Assembly: GCA_005882275.1 (NCBI GenBank)
Contig: VBAK01000118.1
Span: forward strand, 16,881 to 80,880
Direction: 5' to 3'
Source: Candidatus Segetimicrobium genomatis
GTDB taxonomy: Bacteria; Sysuimicrobiota; Sysuimicrobiia; Sysuimicrobiales; Segetimicrobiaceae
Length of the DNA: 64,000 bases
The notes under the pieces: model-generated
What the model saw: the letters and a program-made list of their open reading frames with translations, nothing else
What the model was told of the DNA's origin: nothing
Database searches by the model: none
Position numbers and translations under genes: made by a program
Part shown: one piece after another, positions 8,970 through 17,177 of the stretch
Layout: the number at the start of each line of letters is the position of its first letter
How positions within the stretch are numbered: position 1 is the first letter of the stretch

Positions 8970-10046
8970 CTAACGGCGGCGGCGACGACGGCGGCGGCGG
9001 CGCGCGCCACCAGGCGCGGCGGGCAGCGCGCCCTGAGGTCCTGCCGCAACCTCTGCTTGCCGTTGGCCCTTCTCCGGTTTGGAGCCCCCGAAGGGGGGAT
9101 GCGGGCCGTCGGCGGCCGCCGCATGCGCGCCCGGCGCGGATCCCCGGTCCGGCGCCGCGCCTCCACCCACGGACCCGTCGGGCCGGATGCCGGGGGTGCC
9201 CGAGACAACGGCGGCGGCCCCCGCCGCCCCCCTGGGCGGCCCACCCGGCCTGGATGATCTCGCCGGTGATGATCTCACCGCGGTGGGCGACCTGGTGGGC
9301 GCCGGCGGCCCCGGAATGGACGGCGCCCGGTGCTGCCGGTCGTCGAGCCAGAGGAACTGCCGCGGCGCCGAGCGGCGGTCAAACGCGTAGAACGCCCGAT
9401 ACAGATTGCGCGCGATCTCCACGGCCTTCGCGGCATGGTCCGCCGACAGCAGCGCCTCGATCTTCGTCTCGCCGCCCCGGCCGGCCTGCTGGACATCCTC
9501 GTACTCGCCCTTGTAGTGCGTGAGCATGTTGCGCCAGGTCCGGAGCGTCGACAGGGCCCGCAGGTCCTCGCCGTCCTCGTCGAAGGTCTTCCCGGTCTTG
9601 CTGACGAGGCGCGTCACCTCCATCCACTTGCCCTCAGGCGACATCCGGTCGTAATGGCGGTACCGGCTCCCCAGCCGGTCCGCGCCGACCATGTTGATGA
9701 ACGCCTCGACGGCGAGAAAGGACATCAGCAGCGCGACGAGGCTGTGCGTCTGCTCGCCCTCGCGGTCCGGAGGGGTTGCGCGGGCGCACCGGGCGGCGTC
9801 GTCCGCGTGCTCCCGCGCCATGGCGAACATGGTCTGCTCGAGGTGGGTCCGCTCCCACGCCTCTTCCCCCGTGCCGGAGTTGGGGGCCGTGACGGGGGCG
9901 GCCGGCGGGGAGGCCGCCACCCCGGACGCTTTCCCGGAGACCGGTGTCGCCGGCGGCGGGGAGGCGCGTCCGGCCGGTGTCGAGAGCGCGGACCCCGGAC
10001 GCTGCCGGCGTCGATGCGATCCGTTCATGAGGGCTTTCTTCGGCAT
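8970..10046 (-). CDS. hypothetical protein: disordered N-terminus, ~165-aa helical core with an RNxxxH (HEPN-like) motif, disordered C-terminus ending in 10 Arg
   Basis: ATG at 10046 is preceded by a GGAGG/GAGGCGG SD. The core region has very high GC3. Core sequence ...LVALLMSFLAVEAFINMVG...LRTWRNMLTHY.... Only the C-terminal 358 aa of track ORF 8970..11210 is credible, because the remainder is antisense to mutS. Confidence 0.55.
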   Translation of the reverse strand: MPKKALMNGSHRRRQRPGSALSTPAGRASPPPATPVSGKASGVAASPPAAPVTAPNSGTGEEAWERTHLEQTMFAMAREHADDAARCARATPPDREGEQTHSLVALLMSFLAVEAFINMVGADRLGSRYRHYDRMSPEGKWMEVTRLVSKTGKTFDEDGEDLRALSTLRTWRNMLTHYKGEYEDVQQAGRGGETKIEALLSADHAAKAVEIARNLYRAFYAFDRRSAPRQFLWLDDRQHRAPSIPGPPAPTRSPTAVRSSPARSSRPGGPPRGAAGAAAVVSGTPGIRPDGSVGGGAAPDRGSAPGAHAAAADGPHPPFGGSKPEKGQRQAEVAAGPQGALPAAPGGARRRRRRRRRR

Positions 10047-10145
10047 TACCGCCTCGGCCTCCCCCCACCTCCGAGGATGTCCGCGGCCGCACCTCTCCGG
10101 CATCCCAGGGGGGACCTCGAGGCGGCGCGACGAAGAGAAACGGGC

Positions 10146-12857
10146 ATGAGCGAGCTGACGCCCATGATGCGCCAGTATCGGGCGCTCAAGGATCAGCACC
10201 CCACGGCCATCCTGCTCTTCCGCCTCGGCGATTTCTTCGAAGCGTTCTTCGAGGACGCCCATCTGGTCGCGCGGGAGCTCCAGCTCACCCTGACCAGCCG
10301 GCCGGTGGCGAAAGGCCGGCGGATCCCGATGTGCGGGATCCCCCACCACGCGCTCCATTCGTACCTGCGGCGTCTGATCGACCGGGGCCACCGGGTCGCC
10401 ATCTGCGACCAGGTCGAAGACCCGAAGCAGACCCGGACGCTGGTTCGCCGCGAGGTCGTCCGCGTCGTCACGCCCGGCACCGTCATCGAGGACGACCTCC
10501 TCAGCGCGCGGGAGAACAACTTCCTCGCGGCCGTGGCCCCCGGGAGCCACGGGTGGGGATTGGCGCTGGCCGATCTGTCCACCGGGGAGTTCTACGCCAC
10601 GGAGGGAGAGACCCCGGCGCATCTTTCGGAGACGCTCGCCGGCTTTCGGCCTCGAGAGCTGCTCGTCCCCGACGATTCCGAGGCGGCGGCCTTCGTCATG
10701 GAAGACGTGCCGGCGACCCCGTACGACGCCCACCGGTTCGACCCGGCGGCGGCAGACCGGACCCTGCGCGAGCACCTCGGGGTGGCCACCCTCGATGCGT
10801 TCGGCCTCTCGAGCGCCCCCCTCGCCACGGGGGCGGCCGGCGCGCTCGTCCAGTATCTCCGGGAGACGCAGAAGGGGCCGCTGCCCCACCTCCGCAGCGT
10901 GCGCATGCTCCCCCGGACCTCCACCATGATCCTCGATGATGCGACCCAGCGGGCGCTCGGCCTGTGGGCGCATCCGCGGGACGCCGGCGCCCAGGACACG
11001 CTCCTCGGTGTGCTCGACCTCACAGAAACGCCGATGGGCGGCCGCCTGCTTCGCCGCTGGATGCGGCAGCCGCTCCTCGATCCTGAGGAGATCCGCACCC
11101 GCCTGGACGCCGTCGAGATGTTCGTGGTCACCGCTCCCGTCCGCGAGGCGCTCAGGACTCATCTCAGGGCGATCGGGGACATCGAGCGGCTCGCCGGCCG
11201 GCTGGCCCACGAGGCGGGCACGCCCCGCGATCTCGCCGCGCTGCGCAACGCGCTCGAGGCGCTGCCGGCCCTCGGTCCCATCCTGACGAGCCCCCCGGAT
11301 TCGGGCCCGGCGCCGCCCGCAGCCGAGGAGATCCGCGCGCGGGCAGCCGCGCTCGCCGTCCCCCCTGATCTCGTCGAGGTCCTCCGCCGCGGCCTCGTCG
11401 ACTCCCCTCCCCTATCGCCCAAGGACGGCGGCCTGATCCGGCCGGGGTTCGACCCCGAAGCCGATCGCCTCCGCGCCGGCAGCCAGGCGGCCCGCGAGTG
11501 GATGGCCGGGCTCGAAGCCGCCGAACGGTCGCGCACAGGCATTCGCAGCCTCAAGGTCGGCTACAACCAGGTGATGGGTTACTACATCGAGGTGAGCAAA
11601 GCCAACGAACACCTGGTGCCGCGAGAGTACATTCGCAAAGGCACGCTCGTCGGCGCCGAACGGTACATCACAGCCGAGATGAAGGACCGCGAGGCGCTGA
11701 TCCTCACCGCGGAGGAGCGCATCGCCGCAAGGGAATACGACGTGTTCTGCGGATTGCGGGATGCCGTCCGCGCGCAGATCGCCCCGCTCCAGGCCGCGGC
11801 CGGGGCGGTGGCCGAGGTCGATGTCTATGCGGCGCTCGCCGAAGCCGCCGTCCGCCACCGGTACGTCCGGCCCCGCCTGGCGGACGAGCGGGTCTTCCGC
11901 ATCGTGGGGGGCCGCCACCCCGTCGTCGAGCAGGCGATCGGGGTCGACCGGTTCGTCCCCAACGATCTTTCGCTCGATCCGGGCGGCCCCGACATCCTCA
12001 TCGTCACCGGCCCTAATTTTGGCGGCAAGAGCACCTACATCCGGCAGGCGGCCCTCATGGTCGTCATGGCGCAGATGGGCAGCTTCGTGCCGGCGCGCGA
12101 GGCCGAGATCGGCACGGTCGATCGAATCTTCACGCGGGTGGGGGCGAGCGACGACCTCGCCGCGGGCCGGAGCACGTTCCTCACCGAGATGATCGAGGTG
12201 GCGCGCATCCTCACGCAGGCCACGGCCCGGAGCCTGGTCATCCTGGACGAGGTCGGGCGAGGCACCAGCACGTACGACGGCATGAGCCTGGCGTGGGCGG
12301 TGGTCGAAGATCTTCACGACCGGGTGGGGGCGCGGACCCTCTTCGCCACGCATTACCACGAGCTGACCGAGCTCGCCTCGCAGCTGGCGCGCGTGGCCAA
12401 CGCCCAGGTGCTCGTCAAAGAGGACGGTCAGGATATCGTCTTCCTCCACCGCGTCGCGGTCGGGGCGGCGGCGTCATCCTATGGAATCCACGTCGCGCGC
12501 CTGGCGGGAGTCCCCGACCCCGTGATCCAGCGGGCGCGCGAGGTCCTGGCCGGCCTCGAGGCGGCCTCCGCGTCCCAGCGCTCGCCCCGCGCCAGGCGCG
12601 GCCCGTCGCGCAGCCGGCAGCTTCCGCTGCCGCTGCCGCTGCCCTCCCCCGTCGAGGAAGCCCTCCGGCAGGCCGACCTGTCCCGGATGACGCCGATCGA
12701 GGCCCTGAACTTTTTGTCCACCCTCCGGGCCCTGCTCGAAGCGGGGGCGTCCCACGGTCCACCCCAGCGCGCCTCCGGCCGGCCGGGGCCCGGGGGTGAG
12801 CGGCCGGACAGCACAGTGATCCCATTCCCATCACAGGGGACCCCACGGCGGACGTGA
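10146..12857 (+). CDS. mutS: DNA mismatch repair protein MutS
   Basis: MSELTPMMRQYRALKDQHP start, Walker A GPNFGGKST, and STFLTEM. ATG at 10146 lies inside the longer track ORF. Confidence 0.97.
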   Translation: MSELTPMMRQYRALKDQHPTAILLFRLGDFFEAFFEDAHLVARELQLTLTSRPVAKGRRIPMCGIPHHALHSYLRRLIDRGHRVAICDQVEDPKQTRTLVRREVVRVVTPGTVIEDDLLSARENNFLAAVAPGSHGWGLALADLSTGEFYATEGETPAHLSETLAGFRPRELLVPDDSEAAAFVMEDVPATPYDAHRFDPAAADRTLREHLGVATLDAFGLSSAPLATGAAGALVQYLRETQKGPLPHLRSVRMLPRTSTMILDDATQRALGLWAHPRDAGAQDTLLGVLDLTETPMGGRLLRRWMRQPLLDPEEIRTRLDAVEMFVVTAPVREALRTHLRAIGDIERLAGRLAHEAGTPRDLAALRNALEALPALGPILTSPPDSGPAPPAAEEIRARAAALAVPPDLVEVLRRGLVDSPPLSPKDGGLIRPGFDPEADRLRAGSQAAREWMAGLEAAERSRTGIRSLKVGYNQVMGYYIEVSKANEHLVPREYIRKGTLVGAERYITAEMKDREALILTAEERIAAREYDVFCGLRDAVRAQIAPLQAAAGAVAEVDVYAALAEAAVRHRYVRPRLADERVFRIVGGRHPVVEQAIGVDRFVPNDLSLDPGGPDILIVTGPNFGGKSTYIRQAALMVVMAQMGSFVPAREAEIGTVDRIFTRVGASDDLAAGRSTFLTEMIEVARILTQATARSLVILDEVGRGTSTYDGMSLAWAVVEDLHDRVGARTLFATHYHELTELASQLARVANAQVLVKEDGQDIVFLHRVAVGAAASSYGIHVARLAGVPDPVIQRAREVLAGLEAASASQRSPRARRGPSRSRQLPLPLPLPSPVEEALRQADLSRMTPIEALNFLSTLRALLEAGASHGPPQRASGRPGPGGERPDSTVIPFPSQGTPRRT

Positions 12858-14605
12858 GCGCAGGCCCAGGCATCCAGGTCCTCCCCCAGAGCGCCGCCGA
12901 GCGCGTCGCGGCGGGAGAGGTGGTGGAACGTCCGGCATCGGTCGTCAAGGAACTGATCGAGAACAGCCTCGACGCCGGCGCCCGGCGGATCGTCATCGAG
13001 ATCGGGGGCGCCGGCCAGCGGCTCATCAGGATCAGCGACGACGGCGCGGGCATCCCCGGCGCGGAGGTGCCGCTGGCGTTCCAGCGCTTCGCGACGAGCA
13101 AGATTCGCACCGCCGAGGACCTGCGGCACGTCCGGACCTACGGCTTCCGGGGGGAGGCCCTGCCCAGCATCGCGGCGGTCGCCCGCGTGCAGATGGTGAC
13201 GCGCATCCAGGGGGCGGATGCCGTCAAGATCGTCATCGCGGGCGGCACCCGTCAGGGCCTGGGGCCCGCGAGCGGGCCCCAGGGCACCACCGTCGGCGTC
13301 GAAGACCTCTTCTTCAACACGCCCGCGCGCCGGCGATTTCTCAAATCGCCGGCCCGGGAGCGCGCGGTGATCGTTGACACTGTCGAGGCGCTGGCCCTGG
13401 CCGCGCCCGAAGTCGCGTTCCGGCTGACCGACGAGGACCAGGAAATCCTGTGGTTTCCGCCTGAGACCTTTGCCGAACGGGCCCGCAGGGTCCTCGGCCC
13501 GGAGGTGGCGGCGCACGCCCTGGAGGTCTCGGCGATCGGAGCCACGGGCACGCTCGGCGGAGTCCTCGGCACCCCGCAGGTGGCCCAGCGCCGGAGGACG
13601 CACCAGTGGTTCCTCGTCAACAACCGGCCGGTCCGCAGTCCCCTGCTGGCCCGCGCGCTCGCGCAGGCGTACCACACCCTGATTCCCGAGGACCGGCATC
13701 CGGCCGCCGTGCTCTCCGTGCGCCTCGCTCCGGAGGACGTCGACGCCAACGTCCATCCCCGAAAGGCAGAGGTCCGGTTCGTGCGCGAGAGGGAATTGTT
13801 CGAGGACGTTGAGCGAGCGGTCCGGCGGACCTTGCACCGCGTGCCGCTGCTCCACGTCATCCCCGCGCTGCCCCCGGATGCCCCGGCGGACGCCGCAACC
13901 GCGGGCGGCCTGGAGGGCGTCCCGGCTCATGCCCCAGGCACGGGAACCCTCGGCGTGCCCCACCGCCCGCCCCTCACCGGAGACGCCCTGGACATCACGG
14001 ACGCCCCCGCCTCGGATCTCCCCTGGCCGCCGATCCGGGTGATCGGCCAGCTGGCGCTGACCTACATCATCGGCCAGTCCGGCAAGGACCTGGTGCTGAT
14101 CGATCAGCACGCCGCGCATGAGCGGATCCTGTTCGAACAGCTCATCGCCCGCCGCGCGCGCGAGGGGGTGCAGGCGCAGGGGCTGGTGACCCCCATCGTC
14201 CTGGAGTTAACGCCTCAGGAGGCCGCCGTCCTGACCGACCTGGAGGCTCCGCTTCGGTCGCTCGGCTTCGACGTGGAGCTGTTTGGACCCAAGACGGTGC
14301 GCCTCACGGCCGTCCCGGCAATCGCCGGCCACCGCGCGCCGGGCGAGGTGTTTCGCGCGTGCCTGCGGGATCTCCAGGACGACTACGGCCCCCATGCCGG
14401 CCGGTCGCTCGAGGAGCGGCTGACGATCGCCACCGCCTGCCATACGGCGGTGCGGGCCGGGGACGCCATCGACCCGACGATGATGGCCGGCCTGCTCGAC
14501 GCGCTCTCGCGGGCGGCGGACCCGTTTTCCTGCTTTCACGGGCGCCCGACGATGGTCCGGGTGCGCGCGCCGGAGATCGAGCGGTGGTTCTACCGGCGCG
14601 GGTGA
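12854..14605 (+). CDS. mutL: DNA mismatch repair protein MutL
   Basis: GHKL ATPase N-terminus (IAAGEVVERPASVVKELIENSLDAG, DDGAGI). The GTG start overlaps the mutS stop (GTGA). Confidence 0.97.
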   Translation: MSAGPGIQVLPQSAAERVAAGEVVERPASVVKELIENSLDAGARRIVIEIGGAGQRLIRISDDGAGIPGAEVPLAFQRFATSKIRTAEDLRHVRTYGFRGEALPSIAAVARVQMVTRIQGADAVKIVIAGGTRQGLGPASGPQGTTVGVEDLFFNTPARRRFLKSPARERAVIVDTVEALALAAPEVAFRLTDEDQEILWFPPETFAERARRVLGPEVAAHALEVSAIGATGTLGGVLGTPQVAQRRRTHQWFLVNNRPVRSPLLARALAQAYHTLIPEDRHPAAVLSVRLAPEDVDANVHPRKAEVRFVRERELFEDVERAVRRTLHRVPLLHVIPALPPDAPADAATAGGLEGVPAHAPGTGTLGVPHRPPLTGDALDITDAPASDLPWPPIRVIGQLALTYIIGQSGKDLVLIDQHAAHERILFEQLIARRAREGVQAQGLVTPIVLELTPQEAAVLTDLEAPLRSLGFDVELFGPKTVRLTAVPAIAGHRAPGEVFRACLRDLQDDYGPHAGRSLEERLTIATACHTAVRAGDAIDPTMMAGLLDALSRAADPFSCFHGRPTMVRVRAPEIERWFYRRG

Positions 14606-14630
14606 GCGCCGGCCGGGAACCCGCCTGCCG

Positions 14631-14676
14631 GCACGTCCTGGCTCACGCCGTAGGCACGTCCTGGCTCACGCCGCAG
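14631..14676. repeat. 23-bp tandem direct repeat (2 copies, 1 mismatch)
   Basis: GCACGTCCTGGCTCACGCCGTAG followed by GCACGTCCTGGCTCACGCCGCAG, read directly. It begins 26 nt after the mutL stop. Confidence 0.9.
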
Positions 14677-14764
14677 GCCGGCGCCCGGAACGGCCGGGGT
14701 CTCACCGGGCCGAACAGGAGATTCCCAGGATACCGCGAAAGGACCGGAAAAGGGGGGACCGATC

Positions 14765-15196
14765 ATGCCGACGGTCCTAATCGCGATCTGCTCGAACCCG
14801 GATTGCACCAGGCACGCCGCCGCGCCTCGGTCCGAGCAGTTGCCCGAGCGGTGCCCCACCTGCGGCTCGTCCATGCTGGAGCGGTGCTGGAAGTGTGAGC
14901 GGGCCCTGGCCGACCCGTTCGCGTCCTACTGCACGTACTGCGGCGTGCCGCTCAAGCGGATCCTGCCGCGGTCCGAACCCTGCGAACCGCTCCTCGCCAT
15001 CTGCTCCAACCCCGAGTGCGACGGCGCGGTGGAGACCGTCCGGGTCGCCACGTTGCAATCGCGGTGTCCGAAGTGTCACTCGCCGCTCGTCTCCCACTGC
15101 TGGAAGTGCGGCGCAAAAGTCGTGGACCTGCGCCAGCACTACTGTGAGAACTGCGGGGTGCCGCTCAAGCGGCTGCGCGCCACGTCACGGTTGTAA
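14765..15196 (+). CDS. Cys-rich protein with two tandem copies of a double zinc-ribbon module
   Basis: AAGGGGGG SD about 7 nt before the ATG. Eight Cys pairs in total (CxxC, plus CSNPDC/CSNPEC with four-residue spacing). Residues 5-66 and 76-137 are clear paralogous repeats. Confidence 0.7.
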   Translation: MPTVLIAICSNPDCTRHAAAPRSEQLPERCPTCGSSMLERCWKCERALADPFASYCTYCGVPLKRILPRSEPCEPLLAICSNPECDGAVETVRVATLQSRCPKCHSPLVSHCWKCGAKVVDLRQHYCENCGVPLKRLRATSRL

Positions 15197-15214
15197 GGCC
15201 GGCCGGGTGCGCGG

Positions 15215-15685
15215 CTAGAGCTGGAAGTCGACCAGGGCCGACACCCCGACCCCGTACACGCGGTGCAGGTTGCCGGCGATCGGGTTGAGGCTGTCGACCG
15301 GGATCAGGCCCCGGAGCCTCACCGAGCCGAGAAACGACCCTTCGATCTGCGCCACCGCTTCCACTTTGTTCACGGCCGACGCGGGCCCCTGCACCTGGGC
15401 CGCCCCGATGTACGACCCGGGGTTGTTCGAGGCGATGCCGACCCCGACGCTGAGGATCGGCACCACCTTGGTCATGTCCCTGTTCTTCGCCTTGTTGTTG
15501 GCCATCAGCGAGTTGATGGCGTCGTTGATCTGGGATCCATACTGCTTCACGACGTACCCGATGCCGAAGAGCTTCACGGCCTGGATGATCACGTTCCCCT
15601 GCCCGACCGCGGGCTGAACCACCCCGCCGACCACGAGCCCCGCGATCAGGGCCACCGCGACCGCCACCCCAGCATGCCTACGCAT
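15215..15685 (-). CDS. small secreted/exported protein (156 aa), unknown function
   Basis: ATG at 15685 after a GGAGGGGAGG SD. N-terminal signal-like segment MRRHAGVAVAVALIAGLVVGGVV, and a Cys-free mature part. Confidence 0.65.
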   Translation of the reverse strand: MRRHAGVAVAVALIAGLVVGGVVQPAVGQGNVIIQAVKLFGIGYVVKQYGSQINDAINSLMANNKAKNRDMTKVVPILSVGVGIASNNPGSYIGAAQVQGPASAVNKVEAVAQIEGSFLGSVRLRGLIPVDSLNPIAGNLHRVYGVGVSALVDFQL

Positions 15686-15857
15686 CGCCGCCTCCCCTCC
15701 ACTCGATTGTTTGGCCCGCGCCGACCGTCCTCTCCGCCAGCGCCCGTGCGTCGACCCGGTGGTCCCGGGGTGACGCGGCTGAGCGCCCCGAATGACGTTC
15801 CCCTGCCGCTCACCCCTGACCCTCACCTACGAAGAACGTGCGGCGCGGCGGAAGTGT

Positions 15858-17177
15858 TCAGGCCTGCTCGGCGACCTCTTCCAAAGGACGGCCGGCCGTC
15901 TCCTCACCCAGGAACAGCACGATCAGGATGGCGATCACCAGAGCGCCGGCGAAAATGCTCAACGCGAGCCCGCGCCCGGCCGTCCACGACCGCATCAGCA
16001 GCCCCAGCATCGCCGGGGCCAGGATCGCCCCGGTGCGGCCGGCCGCGGAGGCCCACCCCGTCGCCGTCGCCCGGATCCGGGTGGGATACAGCTCCGCGGC
16101 GTAGCTGAGGATGACCGGCCACGACGCCAGGACGCCGCCCGCCAGGGCGATCGCCGCTCCCACCACCCCGGCTTCGCTCCGCGCCATCGCGACCCCGGCG
16201 GCCCCGGCGGCCGCCATCGCCAGCCCGCCGATGATGACGGGCTTTCGCCCGACGCGGTCGATCAACAGCGTCGCCGCGATCACCGGGAGGCCCATCACCA
16301 GGGAGACGAGCAGCGACGCCTGCGCGGGATGCGGGAAGCCGGCCGCCGCCAGCAGGGCCGGCAGCCAGATGATCGGGCCGTTGTACGCGCTGATCATCAC
16401 GAACCAGACCGTCCAGATCACCAGGCTGCGCCGCCGGAACCGCGGGCTCCACAGTTCGCCGAGGTGCGCGAGCATGGAGACCCGGCCGGCCTGCTCCTGC
16501 GCCGGGAGATCGGGCACGACGCCGTATCGGTCCGCGAGCCGGCGCGCGAGCGCCTCGGCGTCACGCCGGCGGCCGTGGGCCACCAGGTAGCGGGGCGATT
16601 CCGGCACGAGCCATGGGCCGGCCACGGCGAGCGCGAGCGGCAGGAGCCCGACCAGGAACACGAGCCGCCACTCGACCCCGTGAGCCAGGATCACGCCCCC
16701 CAGCGCCGCCAGGATCCACCCGGCGATCCAGATCACCTGCGTCCAGCCCATCAGCGCGCCTCTCGACTCGGGAGGGGCGAACTCGCCGACAAGGCTCGTC
16801 GCGACGGGGGCGACGCCGCCGAACCCGATCCCGGCGATGAACAGGGCGAGGACCAGCCACGCAAGCGACGGCGCGAGCGCCGCGGCGGCGGTGGCGACGC
16901 TGCTCAGCCCCACCGTGACCCCGTACCCCCACCTGCGCCCCACCCAGTCCGCGAGGTACCCGACGAGGATCCCGCCGGTGAGCTGCCCCGCGCCGGAGGC
17001 CATGACCAGGAGCCCGGCCTGGCCCGGCGTGAGCCCCCAGGACGCCTTGAGGCCCAGGAGGGAGTAGCTGATGACCCCCAGGGTGATGCCGTTGCTGCCG
17101 AATGCCAGCCCGGCGAGAAGGGTCACCCGCCCGTGCAGCGTCCCCAATCCGGAGGGCGCAGGCGCCGCCGCCTGCAT
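15858..17177 (-). CDS. MFS transporter (metabolite/sugar porter type)
   Basis: Twelve-TM-like hydrophobic pattern. DWVGRR and PESPRYL motifs. The ATG at 17177 shares one nt with the gcdH stop. Confidence 0.9.
   Translation of the reverse strand: MQAAAPAPSGLGTLHGRVTLLAGLAFGSNGITLGVISYSLLGLKASWGLTPGQAGLLVMASGAGQLTGGILVGYLADWVGRRWGYGVTVGLSSVATAAAALAPSLAWLVLALFIAGIGFGGVAPVATSLVGEFAPPESRGALMGWTQVIWIAGWILAALGGVILAHGVEWRLVFLVGLLPLALAVAGPWLVPESPRYLVAHGRRRDAEALARRLADRYGVVPDLPAQEQAGRVSMLAHLGELWSPRFRRRSLVIWTVWFVMISAYNGPIIWLPALLAAAGFPHPAQASLLVSLVMGLPVIAATLLIDRVGRKPVIIGGLAMAAAGAAGVAMARSEAGVVGAAIALAGGVLASWPVILSYAAELYPTRIRATATGWASAAGRTGAILAPAMLGLLMRSWTAGRGLALSIFAGALVIAILIVLFLGEETAGRPLEEVAEQA

Noticed and set aside
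9251-9285. Short direct repeat GATGATCTC-N6-GATGATCTC inside the low-complexity tail of the 8970..10046 ORF, as possible evidence of a frameshift
   Set aside because: The alternative frames give equally low-complexity translations with no better coding signal. There is insufficient evidence for a frameshift.
10047-11210. N-terminal 388 aa of track ORF 8970..11210
   Set aside because: This part is antisense to mutS and compositionally artefactual. Only the portion from the ATG at 10046 looks coding.
12479-14119. 546-aa minus-strand ORF, and the 345-aa ORF at 11412..12449
   Set aside because: They are antisense to mutL and mutS, whose identity is unambiguous.
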